Below, piece after piece: positions 43,556-52,599 of a stretch of 52,892 nt of DNA. Below the pieces are notes generated by a model. The model made no database searches and was not told where the DNA came from. It saw only the letters and a program-made list of their open reading frames with translations. Made by a program: the position numbers and the translations under genes. Location of the stretch: IMG/VR virus record IMGVR_UViG_3300036791_000331, positions 1 through 52,892 of that record; one strand, 5' to 3'. Within the stretch, counting starts at the first letter, position 1. Each line of letters opens with the position of its first letter. Origin of the DNA: a virus. Taxonomy: Duplodnaviria > Caudoviricetes.

Positions 43556-44905
43556 ATGTCCAAACCCCTCGACCCACTCGCCCTGGCGAGAGCCGTCAAG
43601 CGTTGCCAGAAGCTCGGGAAGGAAGGCCGCTTCCCGGCCGGTCCTGGCCTATCCCTGGTCGTCACCGCAGCCGGGCGCGCCCGGTTCGTCCACCGCTATC
43701 CGTGGTGCGGCAAATACGAGAGCCTCTGGCTCGACGGCTGCTACCCGCGTGACGTGACCCTGGCCGAGGCCCGGCGTCAGTGCGAGGCGCACCGGGAACT
43801 CCTGGACCAGCGCATCAGCCCCAAGAGCGAGCGCCGCGACGGCGGTCTCGGCGCGAACCCGACCCTCGCCGAGTACGCGCGTCACCACTTCAAGATGCTG
43901 GCCACGCCGAAGGATATCCGCCTCGGCCCGGAGCGGTCGGAATGGCTCCGCGACATGACCATCCACGTCGGGGCCTTGGCGAGCACGCCCATCGACAACA
44001 TCGTGCGCACGCAGATCGTGGCGGCGTTGGCCGGACGGTGGGTGGACATGACCCCGACGCCTTCGGGCAAGCGTATCCTGATGCGGTTGAAGAACGTCCT
44101 GGCGCACCGGCACGACAACGCCCGCCCGGACGATGAGCACTGGCAGAACCCGGCCAGCCTCAAGGCGATGTGCAACCTGCTCGGGAAGCGCCCGCATCGC
44201 CGCACGTCGCGCCCGAGCCTGTCCTGGATCGATCTGCCCACGTTCATGACGGCGCTCCGGGCGGTGGAGTTGATGTCCGCCCGCGCCCTGGAGTGGGTGA
44301 TCCTGACCGGCTCTCGCTCGGCCGAGACGACCGGCGCGCGGTGGGGCGAGATCAACTGGCGGAGCCGGACCTGGACGATCCCGCCCGAGCGGCTCAAGAC
44401 CGAGCAGAACAAGGGCTCGCACGGCCAGCCGTTCGTCATCCCGCTGTCCCTGGCCATGGTGCAGCTGCTGCGGCGCACGGCCAAGCACCGCCGCGATCTC
44501 GCGCCGAACGACCTGATCTTTCCGAGCGGGGCGAGTATCCGGCCGAAGGAATACGGCGGCAACGCACTGCTGTTCCTGGCCCAGGACATCGCGCCTGGGA
44601 TCACGGTCCATGGCTTCCGGGCGAGCTTGGTGGCCTGGGGCGCAGGCACGGCCCACCGCGACCGCGACCCGTTCGCCCTGGACCTGATGGACAGGGTGAT
44701 CGGCCACCAGATCGGCTCCCGGCACGGTCAGGCGACGGCGCTCTCGGGCGCCATCATCAACTACGCCCACGACGCCGGGGGCGATCTCTACCTGCCCCGG
44801 CGCAAGGCGGTGATGCGGGAGTGGAGCGCCTACCTGGGCGGCCGGACCCACTCGCCGAAGCGCGGGCCTGCGCGGGCTCCGGCGGTCCTGGCGCTGGCCG
44901 CATAG
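43556..44905 (+). CDS. int: Tyrosine integrase, P4-like, with N-terminal arm-binding domain
   Basis: G.GL.L.V...G...F..RY; catalytic R (TGSR), K, HGFR, H (IGH), Y. Confidence 0.92.
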   Translation: MSKPLDPLALARAVKRCQKLGKEGRFPAGPGLSLVVTAAGRARFVHRYPWCGKYESLWLDGCYPRDVTLAEARRQCEAHRELLDQRISPKSERRDGGLGANPTLAEYARHHFKMLATPKDIRLGPERSEWLRDMTIHVGALASTPIDNIVRTQIVAALAGRWVDMTPTPSGKRILMRLKNVLAHRHDNARPDDEHWQNPASLKAMCNLLGKRPHRRTSRPSLSWIDLPTFMTALRAVELMSARALEWVILTGSRSAETTGARWGEINWRSRTWTIPPERLKTEQNKGSHGQPFVIPLSLAMVQLLRRTAKHRRDLAPNDLIFPSGASIRPKEYGGNALLFLAQDIAPGITVHGFRASLVAWGAGTAHRDRDPFALDLMDRVIGHQIGSRHGQATALSGAIINYAHDAGGDLYLPRRKAVMREWSAYLGGRTHSPKRGPARAPAVLALAA

Positions 44906-44917
44906 GGAGCCTCGTAG

Positions 44918-44950
44918 GGGCCTGGAGCGGCTTCGCGCTACTCTAGGCCC
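44918..44950. terminator. Hairpin between convergent int and paralogue B
   Basis: GGGCCTGGAG...CTCTAGGCCC. Confidence 0.4.
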
Positions 44951-44962
44951 AGCGCCCGAGCG

Positions 44963-46039
44963 TCAGGGCTCAGGCGCGTCATCGGGCCGCTCCAGGCCGT
45001 AGCCGAGGCGGGTCGGGAGGCTCGGTTGCTTAGAGTCCGCGTCAGGCCCGTGAACGACCGTGAAGTCGTGTTCGATCACGCCCAGCGCCGGATCACCGCG
45101 CAGATGGCTGTCGATCCGCTTCCTCCACATCATCTGCCCTTCGATGATCACCGGCATCCAACCGGGCGGGCGCGGCTGGAAGGCGAGGTGTCGATAGTGG
45201 GCCCGAACCTCATGGAGACGCTTCCCAGTGGCCGTTTCTGCCAGCTTCCGTCGAGCATAGGCGGCGACGTTGCGAATGCGGCGAGGAACCTGGAGCGTGA
45301 GGGGGCAGATGGTGAGGCGTGGCCGCATCCGGCCGCCGACTAGCACATGGCCGGGCGGCCGCTCTTCCTGGCCTACCGTCGCGACTGTCTGGAGCATCGC
45401 AAGCATCCCGACTACGATGTTCGCCCAGCCAGATAATCCATCGACGAAGGGTCCGTATCCGAGGGGAGATGATTCGAGGGGGACAGTGTAATTGTCCTCT
45501 ATTAAAAATGCACGACCCTTCAGGCATGAAACGTCTTTCGTCGTGTTAAGAAACCCCCAAATATATTGATGTCCCGGATCGTAGTCGAGGCATGATGTAG
45601 ATAATAGTCCAGGTGGCCGAATATCGACGCCAATGGGCCACATAACTACATTACCTAACTGCTTACGACGCTCTTCATCGACTACTTCCTCAACGCACCA
45701 CGCATCCATTATCAGTGAATTTTCAGGGTCTGGCCTAATCAGCATTCCTAACCGGCCACGTCCACTTGATATAACTAATCTTTCACCATCTTTTCCTATC
45801 GGAATAAATGGAAATTCAATCCAGATCGCTCGCGTTACAAAGTCGATATTATCGAGAGTTCGTCGTATTTCTCGCGGCGTGCCGGTAGCCAGTTGACAGC
45901 CGAGGCGCAGAGCGTCTTCGTCCAGGACGAGGCGGTCAGCCTGTAAGACCGCCCTGCGGAAGCCTGGGTTATCAAATGCCGGGTTGATGTTACGCGGGTC
46001 GCGGAGCCTCTCGGCCAAGGTCGGGGCGAGCGGTCCCAT
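44963..46039 (-). CDS. Phage protein, paralogue B (AT-richer central part)
   Basis: TAATG coupling; similar to 37833-38852. Confidence 0.75.
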   Translation of the reverse strand: MGPLAPTLAERLRDPRNINPAFDNPGFRRAVLQADRLVLDEDALRLGCQLATGTPREIRRTLDNIDFVTRAIWIEFPFIPIGKDGERLVISSGRGRLGMLIRPDPENSLIMDAWCVEEVVDEERRKQLGNVVMWPIGVDIRPPGLLSTSCLDYDPGHQYIWGFLNTTKDVSCLKGRAFLIEDNYTVPLESSPLGYGPFVDGLSGWANIVVGMLAMLQTVATVGQEERPPGHVLVGGRMRPRLTICPLTLQVPRRIRNVAAYARRKLAETATGKRLHEVRAHYRHLAFQPRPPGWMPVIIEGQMMWRKRIDSHLRGDPALGVIEHDFTVVHGPDADSKQPSLPTRLGYGLERPDDAPEP

Positions 46040-46323
46040 TAGTGGATCGTCTCTGACGGCGGCGCCATCCCGGCCATCTGCGAGATCACCGTCTCGTAGG
46101 CGCGAAAGGGCACGCCCCGCAGCGTCGCCGGATACTCCCGCAGGCTCTCGGCGGCGAAGTCCCAGATATCGACGCAGTTGGTCTCGACCTCGTAGATGGT
46201 CACGTTGCAGCGGTGCTGGATGATCCACTCGCGCGCTGTCCTGGTCGCCCCGATAGGGTCCTCGTCGACCGCGATCAGCCGCTGCCGGTCTACGTCCACC
46301 ACTTGGAAATAGCGCGTGGCCAT
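46039..46323 (-). CDS. Hypothetical protein
   Basis: TGATG coupling. Confidence 0.6.
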   Translation of the reverse strand: MATRYFQVVDVDRQRLIAVDEDPIGATRTAREWIIQHRCNVTIYEVETNCVDIWDFAAESLREYPATLRGVPFRAYETVISQMAGMAPPSETIH

Positions 46324-46541
46324 CAGCTTTCCTCCTTCGCCGCCGGAGCGATAGCTCCGATCAGCCGCTCCAGTTCGTGGCGCTGCACGACCGTCCGCGC
46401 CCCGATCTTCGACAACCGCAGGTTCCCGCGTCTCACCTGTCGATAGAAGGTAGACCGGCAGATACCGAGCATGGCGAGAGCCTCGGGCACCGAATAGACC
46501 ATCGGAAAGTCTGCCGGGTTACTCATCACGGACACTCCCAT
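46323..46541 (-). CDS. xis: Excisionase-like HTH_17 protein
   Basis: YSVPEA..MLGI.RSTFY.....G.L...KIG.RT.V. Confidence 0.8.
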   Translation of the reverse strand: MGVSVMSNPADFPMVYSVPEALAMLGICRSTFYRQVRRGNLRLSKIGARTVVQRHELERLIGAIAPAAKEES

Positions 46542-46933
46542 TAGCTACGCGGTACGCGCCAAATAACGTCGTGATCGGCCCCGAACTTGTAGATCGCGTC
46601 CAGGAGCCGGGCGAATTCTTTCACCCGCAGAGCGCTGGACGACGTGTTGAGGTTGACGAACCCCTTGCCGTTGAGCGCCGGGACCATCAGCGCGCCTCGG
46701 TCCATGTCGGCCAGGAACAGCTGTTTCCACTGGTCCGGGCTCAGGCTCTGGCCATGCCACTGCACCTGCTCCGAAATGTCGGTGAGCGCGGGCCACATGG
46801 CCGCGTTCTGCGTCACCGTGCGCTTGTCCGGGCTGGCGAACGTCACCAGCGTGCCCGGATCGGCGTTCCAGGCCCAGGTCGCGGCGGTGTGCCGCGCCCG
46901 GTCGGTGACGAGCCTTATCGACGCCTGGGCCAT
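46541..46933 (-). CDS. ninB: NinB/Orf recombination mediator
   Basis: RT..QNA.MW..L.DIS.QV.WHG..L...WK.LF...SS.L...EF..L. Confidence 0.88.
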   Translation of the reverse strand: MAQASIRLVTDRARHTAATWAWNADPGTLVTFASPDKRTVTQNAAMWPALTDISEQVQWHGQSLSPDQWKQLFLADMDRGALMVPALNGKGFVNLNTSSSALRVKEFARLLDAIYKFGADHDVIWRVPRS

Positions 46934-47434
46934 TCATCGGCCCGACCCGGTGATCATCAGCGGCCGGGGCATCCCGCCCAGGCGATAGGCTTCGTCGATC
47001 TGGCGCTTGACGCTCTCGCCCACGGTGGCCCCGTCAGGCATCATCGTGGAGGCCAGGAACTCGTCTTCGACCGTGGTGACGCCCGCCTCTACGGCCTCCA
47101 GCTTGGCGCGCACCATCAGCGCCAGGACGCGCCAGCGCTGGCGGCACGCCTGCAACCAGTGCTTGTCGATCTCGCTGTCGGCCCGCCGGAATGTCATGCT
47201 GCCCCGTCGATATTCGGTGAATGCCGGTTGCTCGCGCTCGGGCATGGTCAGGTTCAGGCGGATGTGGCGGCTGGCCATCCGGAAGAAGATCGACACCTTC
47301 ACGCCGTCCTCGGCGTAGCCGAAGCCATCGGCCTTGTAGCTGCGCAGGGTGCGCTCGATCTCGGCCCGCGAACTCTCGGTGCTGACCTTGGTCTCGGCGG
47401 CGTAGGCGCGGCGCTCGCGCTCGCGGTTAGCCAT
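46934..47434 (-). CDS. Phage hypothetical protein
   Basis: YA..T.V..E.SRAEIE.TL...RQRWR.L.L...AKLEAVE.G....E.EFL. Confidence 0.8.
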   Translation of the reverse strand: MANRERERRAYAAETKVSTESSRAEIERTLRSYKADGFGYAEDGVKVSIFFRMASRHIRLNLTMPEREQPAFTEYRRGSMTFRRADSEIDKHWLQACRQRWRVLALMVRAKLEAVEAGVTTVEDEFLASTMMPDGATVGESVKRQIDEAYRLGGMPRPLMITGSGR

Positions 47435-47675
47435 AGCGGCACGGCTCCGGGTCGGGTGCGATCCCACCCCAGTCCCACTCCAGCATCAGGTAGGTGATCG
47501 CCTCGGCCTCTTCGTCGGGGCAGCAGCGACGGCGGTCGGGCGGCGGAACCCATTCCCACCGGTTCGTGTACCGCCAGCCGTGCTGCTGGAGATAGTTGAT
47601 CGCGGCGATGTCGCCGTTGCCGTTGAAGTCGAGAGCGCACCACTTGGCGTGGAGTTCGGGAGGGCCGCTAGGCAT
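47427..47675 (-). CDS. Hypothetical protein
   Basis: GGAGG SD; AI.YL..EWD.GG. Confidence 0.6.
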   Translation of the reverse strand: MPSGPPELHAKWCALDFNGNGDIAAINYLQQHGWRYTNRWEWVPPPDRRRCCPDEEAEAITYLMLEWDWGGIAPDPEPCRYG

Positions 47676-48312
47676 ATTCCGCCTCCATCGCAGGGGTGGG
47701 CCCATAGAGCTTCGTGAGGCGCGCCACGCGCTCGGCGATGTCGTCCAGGAAGGCGGACACCTCCACCTCCAGTTCCAGGATCACCGACGTGTTGCGCAGG
47801 ACCCGGCAGACGTGCAGCCGCATCGACTCCGGGAGGCGCGGGTCGAACGAGGCGTAGTCGCACCACAGGCGGCCCGAGCAGGCCATCTGCCACTGCATCT
47901 GGGCGAGGTGCTCGGTCGCGGGCGGCATGCCGAGCAGGGTGGCGATGTGGGTGGCAGTGTTCGGACACTTGATCTCGATCAGGCCATCGGCCTCGACGTA
48001 GCCGTCCGGGCTGGCGCCGCTCCAGGCGATCTCGGGATGGTCGACGAATTCGGCCTCCACGACCTCGACGTTGAACTGGTCCTGGTAGCAGGCCCGCGCC
48101 TCGTCCTCGTGGTCGATCCCCCACTGCATCGGGCCGCTGACGTAATTCTCGCCCGGCCGCCCGGTGACGCGCTCAGCGATCAGGTCGGCGGCGTAGTTCG
48201 CCCGGAGCGCCGAGACGCCGGTCTTGGTCTTGGCGATGACGTGGCTGACCCTGGAGGCCGTGACCTTGCCCAGGCGCTGGGCGTACCACTGCGGGGTGCG
48301 CTGGAGGATCAT
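47668..48312 (-). CDS. YqaJ / lambda-exonuclease family exonuclease
   Basis: QRT..W...RLGK.TAS, WG..HE..AR, GASPDG, IEIKCP, QMQWQM. Confidence 0.92.
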   Translation of the reverse strand: MILQRTPQWYAQRLGKVTASRVSHVIAKTKTGVSALRANYAADLIAERVTGRPGENYVSGPMQWGIDHEDEARACYQDQFNVEVVEAEFVDHPEIAWSGASPDGYVEADGLIEIKCPNTATHIATLLGMPPATEHLAQMQWQMACSGRLWCDYASFDPRLPESMRLHVCRVLRNTSVILELEVEVSAFLDDIAERVARLTKLYGPTPAMEAEYA

Positions 48313-49289
48313 AGCAGAGCCTCCCGTTCGGCGAGGTCCTCTCGATCCGTGGTATTCAACGAGCGCCTGTTGGAGGACCGGCCATTCCTAAAGGTCGTAC
48401 CGGCGATCCTGACCCCGAATGCTGCGCCAACTCGAATAGTCGTGAGTTCACGATCTTCAAAAAAGGCGTTCCAGGCCAGGGAGGCGGCCATAGCGCCAGT
48501 ATGCCCGGTTCGTTCGAACATATGCTCACTAACCCAGGTTAGAAATGTGTGGCGCGGGTCGCCCTTATATAAACCGTCATTGTCACCAATGCCCTTCCAG
48601 AACTTGTAGGCGGTCGGGTATTGCTGCTCCAGTGTTATGAGCGCCACCGCCAACACCTGAGCCGAGTTTAGGCGACGCTTTACTTTCGCCGGGGCGCTTT
48701 TGATGATCGTCTCGTAGAGATGAGCCGTGGCCCAATGTGGTTCGGCGAAACTCAGACGAACGTCATCGTCCCGGAACGCGACCGGGTCGAGTAGGTGGTG
48801 CGGCAGATCAAACTTGAAGTGGATGAGCACGCCCGCCCGCCACACTTCCCGAGTCATGGTCCGTGATAAGTTGTATTGCTCGGCGAGCCCGAGCGCATTG
48901 ATCATTTCGGCCAGGGAGCGTGGACGGCCAGCGCGGTCGAAATGGGTGTAGGCCACATGGAGTCCGTCCCGATCCGCTACGGGGCGGATCATCACCTGGA
49001 AGGCGGCGGCGATCCCGCTGGCCTCCACACCGGCCAGACGATGCTGGCCGTCCAGGAGGTGGAGTTGACCGTCCAGCAGGCCGAACCAGATTTGCCGATC
49101 GGGCTCGAAGTCGCCGCGTTCCAGCAAAGCTACCCAGAGCGCGGTGTCCTGTTGGGTGCGCCGCCGTTGGCGCATATAGACACGCTCGTTGAGAATGCGG
49201 CGGGCCAGTTCGGCGTCGATCACCATCCGGCCGACGTGGATGATCGTTTCGAGCGGCGGGTGTTCCGACATCATTCCGACCCCTTCCAC
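48309..49289 (-). CDS. ParB-like (DGQHR) domain protein
   Basis: A...L..N...RQR...L.DGQHRL.......D....RS. Confidence 0.7.
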   Translation of the reverse strand: MEGVGMMSEHPPLETIIHVGRMVIDAELARRILNERVYMRQRRRTQQDTALWVALLERGDFEPDRQIWFGLLDGQLHLLDGQHRLAGVEASGIAAAFQVMIRPVADRDGLHVAYTHFDRAGRPRSLAEMINALGLAEQYNLSRTMTREVWRAGVLIHFKFDLPHHLLDPVAFRDDDVRLSFAEPHWATAHLYETIIKSAPAKVKRRLNSAQVLAVALITLEQQYPTAYKFWKGIGDNDGLYKGDPRHTFLTWVSEHMFERTGHTGAMAASLAWNAFFEDRELTTIRVGAAFGVRIAGTTFRNGRSSNRRSLNTTDREDLAEREALL

Positions 49290-49456
49290 TGAAGCTGTTG
49301 GGGCCTACAGATCATCAACTCGCCGCTGTCGCTTTCCAGGACCACGCGGTCATGGCCCGCCTGGGTCAGGAACAGACTCACGATCCGGCCCTCAAACTCG
49401 AAGGCTGCGCCATCCGGTGAAACCCTGAGGCCGATGGTCAATTCATCCGGGGCCAT
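49271..49456 (-). CDS. Hypothetical protein
   Basis: AGGAG SD; F.G..VS.F....G..R.V.E...G.L.I. Confidence 0.6.
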   Translation of the reverse strand: MAPDELTIGLRVSPDGAAFEFEGRIVSLFLTQAGHDRVVLESDSGELMICRPQQLQWKGSE

Positions 49457-50132
49457 GCTGATCTCCTGGCGCTGAGAACTCCGTCACGCGGCGGTTGTAG
49501 AGCGCCTCGATGCGCTCCGATGTCTTGGGCTGTTCGGCGGCTAGTTCGGCGCGGAGCCCTTTGGCGAGGTTCCAGGCCCGACCCAGGTCGGTCTCGTTCT
49601 TCACGTCCCGCAGGGTGGTCTCCAGATTGTTGACCCTGGCGCCGAGGGTGGGTCGCTTCGGCGGCTCCGCTGGGGGCAGCGGCGGCTTGGCGTTCTTGCC
49701 GCGCCCGACAGAGCCCTCACCGTCGTCGTCCTCGCCTGCGGGCGTGACCGTGAACAGCGACTGGAGCGCCTGTCGCCGGGCATAGGTGAGCGCCGAGCCC
49801 ACGCCCTGAGCGTCGGCGCGGGTAACGGGTATCTTGTGGGTCGCGCGCAGCCACTGGCCGCTGGTGTGGAGCAGGATGGTCACCACCTGGACCAAGTTCG
49901 GCGGCGCGGTGGTGGCGGGCTGGAGCACCGAGAAGCCGTTGTCGTTCATCGCCGGTAGAATGGCCTCGGCGATCTCGTTCAGGCTGGCGTAGCGGCTCTC
50001 AAAATGGATGTTGGCGGCGTCCTTCTGGACCTTGGCGATGGCCTTCTGCGCGGCTGGCAACGCTTTCGCCAGTTCGTCGATCTCGGCGCTGGTCTCGATG
50101 TCGGCGTCCGGGTGAATTTCTATCTTGGCCAT
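49443..50132 (-). CDS. erf: ERF-family single-strand annealing protein
   Basis: KDA.N.HF.SRYA.L, L.H.SG.W, Q..GSA.TYARR, EDDDG. Confidence 0.92.
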   Translation of the reverse strand: MAKIEIHPDADIETSAEIDELAKALPAAQKAIAKVQKDAANIHFESRYASLNEIAEAILPAMNDNGFSVLQPATTAPPNLVQVVTILLHTSGQWLRATHKIPVTRADAQGVGSALTYARRQALQSLFTVTPAGEDDDGEGSVGRGKNAKPPLPPAEPPKRPTLGARVNNLETTLRDVKNETDLGRAWNLAKGLRAELAAEQPKTSERIEALYNRRVTEFSAPGDQHGPG

Positions 50133-50213
50133 AGAGTCGCGACACCTTCCCGCCATAAACGGCAACAGCATTCAGGCGGTATATGACTCTATTCGAGTCC
50201 CGCTGTGTTCGCC

Positions 50214-50253
50214 GGTGTGTCTCGGTGTGTCTCCGTGTGCCACGGATGTCACC
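50214..50253. repeat. Four 10-bp-phased tandem motifs
   Basis: GGTGTGTCTC GGTGTGTCTC CGTGTGCCAC GGATGTCACC. Confidence 0.7.
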
Positions 50254-50277
50254 GTTGATGACCGTCGTTATTCAAGA

Positions 50278-50325
50278 CGCGAACATTCGCGCCGCTCCTG
50301 GTCTGTTGTCAACGCGAACTTTCGC
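50278..50325. promoter_or_regulatory. Divergent promoter region with two palindrome-B operators and a minus-strand TTGACA
   Basis: CGCGAACATTCGCG at 50278, CGCGAACTTTCGC at 50313, TGTCAA at 50307. Confidence 0.65.
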
Positions 50326-50363
50326 TTGATGGATGCCTATCGATAGCGCTACCCATATCGCCC

Positions 50364-50657
50364 ATGGAAGCCATCACCCTCGGCCTGGAGCGCGTCGCCG
50401 CGATGGAGCGCATCGTCGGTTGCGCCCGCCTCGCGGCGGAGGCCGGACTGCCGGAGTCGACCGTCCGCTCGTTCCGCGAGCGCGGCTGGGTCCTGAAGTC
50501 CCTCCCCAACTGCGAGAAGCTGATCGCCGCCGCCGAACGCCTGGAGCGCGGCCAATTCACCGCCAAGGAAGAGGTCCGCTTGGCCGAGGAAACATGGAAC
50601 GGCCTGAAGAGGCGCGGCCGCCGGTTGGAGAAGTCGGCGAACGCGGCTGAGGGCTGA
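50364..50657 (+). CDS. Cro-like HTH protein
   Basis: ARLA.EAGLP.STVR.....GW; first rightward gene at the divergence point. Confidence 0.65.
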   Translation: MEAITLGLERVAAMERIVGCARLAAEAGLPESTVRSFRERGWVLKSLPNCEKLIAAAERLERGQFTAKEEVRLAEETWNGLKRRGRRLEKSANAAEG

Positions 50658-50661
50658 TGCA

Positions 50662-51168
50662 GTGCGTGTCGTGGGCATCGATCCTGGCGCGGCCGGTGCT
50701 CTGGCTTTCCTGACTCTCGAAAACGACCTGCCGGTTCACCTGGAGTGCTGGGACATGCCCACGCTGCGGGTCGGCAAGCGCAGCCACCTGGACGCCTACG
50801 GCCTCGCCCGCCGCATCGACGCGACCCAGAAGGACGGGGAGCTTGCAGTGGCGATCTTCGAACAGGGCGGCGTGCGCCCGCAGAACGGGCGGGTCGGTGC
50901 GGCGACGTTCTGGCTCGGCCTCGGCGAGGTTCGTGGCATCTTCGCGGCCAACTTCATCCCCATCGAGACAGTCTCGTCCGGGGTCTGGAAGCGCAACCTG
51001 CGGGTGGTCGGCGACAAGGACGCCAGCCGCATCCGGGCCTCGGCGATGTTCCCGCGCTGGTCGGACCAGTGGGCGCGGGCGAAGGATCATGGGAGAGCCG
51101 AGGCAGCGTTGATCGCGCTCTATGGCGCCCGCCAGCTGTCCGTCCAGCATCTGCTCGAAGCGGGTTAA
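50662..51168 (+). CDS. RuvC-like Holliday junction resolvase
   Basis: VGIDPG..GALA, E, V....WK, K..SR..A...FP, D..AEAALIA.YG. Confidence 0.85.
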   Translation: MRVVGIDPGAAGALAFLTLENDLPVHLECWDMPTLRVGKRSHLDAYGLARRIDATQKDGELAVAIFEQGGVRPQNGRVGAATFWLGLGEVRGIFAANFIPIETVSSGVWKRNLRVVGDKDASRIRASAMFPRWSDQWARAKDHGRAEAALIALYGARQLSVQHLLEAG

Positions 51169-51172
51169 GCAA

Positions 51173-51562
51173 ATGGACGTCAATTTCAACCGAGACAACA
51201 AATTCGACTTGCAGCTGAGCCAAGCTATCATCGATGAGAGGCGGCTGGCTGAAATATTCTGCGCGTCCAGGTTGGAAAAGATCGAGCTTAAATCCGAGAC
51301 ATTTCAGTGGGAGCAGACGGGCAATATCGCTATCGAGTATGAGCAGAACGGACGACCAAGCGGGATAGCTGTCACTGAGGCTGACTACTGGGTGCATGAA
51401 TTAAAACGAGATGGCGAGACGCTCGTTTATCTCATGTTTCCGACGTCCAGGCTCAAAGACCTCGCGCGCGAAGCATTTCGGCAGAAGCGTTTCCGCACAG
51501 GCGCGGGAGATGGCGGGCTCTTCAGCGTTGTGCTGCTTAGGCTGCGGGACATTCTGCGATGA
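51173..51562 (+). CDS. PD-(D/E)XK-like nuclease fold protein (lower GC)
   Basis: IELKSE...TGNIAIEY...G.PSGI..TEADYW. Confidence 0.7.
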   Translation: MDVNFNRDNKFDLQLSQAIIDERRLAEIFCASRLEKIELKSETFQWEQTGNIAIEYEQNGRPSGIAVTEADYWVHELKRDGETLVYLMFPTSRLKDLAREAFRQKRFRTGAGDGGLFSVVLLRLRDILR

Positions 51563-52584
51563 CAACCGATCTTACAATCGTCAACCGCGAGAATCACCTT
51601 CAGACCGTCCCGGCGGCGCTCAAGGCCCTGGCGGCGATGCGGATTGAGCTCGAAAGCGCCAAGACATACGCTGACATCCACAAGGCTATCGATACCGCCA
51701 AGGCGATCAAGCTACTGTGGAGCGACGTCGAGGTCGTCAAGGTCGAGGCCGAAGATACCATCCTGGCGGCGACTGTGCGGATCGGCGAGGAATTGAAGCG
51801 CATCCCGAAAGCGTCGGGCGGCAATTCAAATCTCCCAAGGTTGGGAGATTTGGGCCGCGAGGCGACCGGACTGCCGAGCACGATGCGCTCGCGCCACATG
51901 GCCCTCGCTGAGCACAAGGCCGACATCGCGGCCGCCTCCGAGAGGCTACGCGCGCAGGGCAAGGATGCGACGCCGAACGCAGTCGTGCGCGAGTTAACCC
52001 AAGGCGACAAAAAGCAGAGACGAGCAACGCGCGAGCGCGACTTGGGTCAGCGCCAGCGCCAGCTGCCCGCTGATCAGCGATATGGCGTGATCTACGCCGA
52101 CCCGCCCTGGTCGTTCACGCCCTACAGCACCGAGACCGGCATGGATCGGGCGGCCGACAACCACTACCCGACGATGACGGTCGAGGCGATTGCGGCGCTT
52201 CCGGTCCCGGCCGCCGAGGACGCTGTCCTGTTTCTGTGGGCGACGGTCCCGATGCTTCCCGAGGCGCTCGCCGTCATGGCGGCTTGGGGTTTCGCCTATA
52301 AGTCCCACTTCGTATGGGTGAAGGATAAGGTAGGCACGGGTTACTGGAGCCGCAATCGGCATGAACTATTGCTGATCGGCACGCGAGGCTCGGTTCCTGC
52401 GCCTGCGCCCGGCGACCAGTATGAGTCGGTGATCTCTGCGGCGCGGGGCGAACACAGCGCCAAACCTTTCGCCTTTCGTGAAATGATAGACGACCTCTTT
52501 CCAACCTTGCCGCGCATCGAGCTCTTTGCTCGGGGTGAGAGCTATGTCGGCTGGGATGCTTGGGGGAACGAGGCTGGCGGTTGA
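51559..52584 (+). CDS. MT-A70 family amino-methyltransferase with N-terminal helical domain
   Basis: YADPPW, HY.TM, LFLWAT, AWGF.YK, W.K...G.GYW.R..HE.LL, HS.KP, ELFAR, WGNE. Confidence 0.92.
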   Translation: MTTDLTIVNRENHLQTVPAALKALAAMRIELESAKTYADIHKAIDTAKAIKLLWSDVEVVKVEAEDTILAATVRIGEELKRIPKASGGNSNLPRLGDLGREATGLPSTMRSRHMALAEHKADIAAASERLRAQGKDATPNAVVRELTQGDKKQRRATRERDLGQRQRQLPADQRYGVIYADPPWSFTPYSTETGMDRAADNHYPTMTVEAIAALPVPAAEDAVLFLWATVPMLPEALAVMAAWGFAYKSHFVWVKDKVGTGYWSRNRHELLLIGTRGSVPAPAPGDQYESVISAARGEHSAKPFAFREMIDDLFPTLPRIELFARGESYVGWDAWGNEAGG

Positions 52585-52599
52585 GCGGGGAGACGGGCC

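Noticed and set aside
13143-44851. Long antisense ORFs (e.g. 13143-14480, 16184-17173, 20765-21928, 43649-44851)
   Set aside because: Shadow frames expected from high-GC codon bias opposite well-supported genes; no motifs
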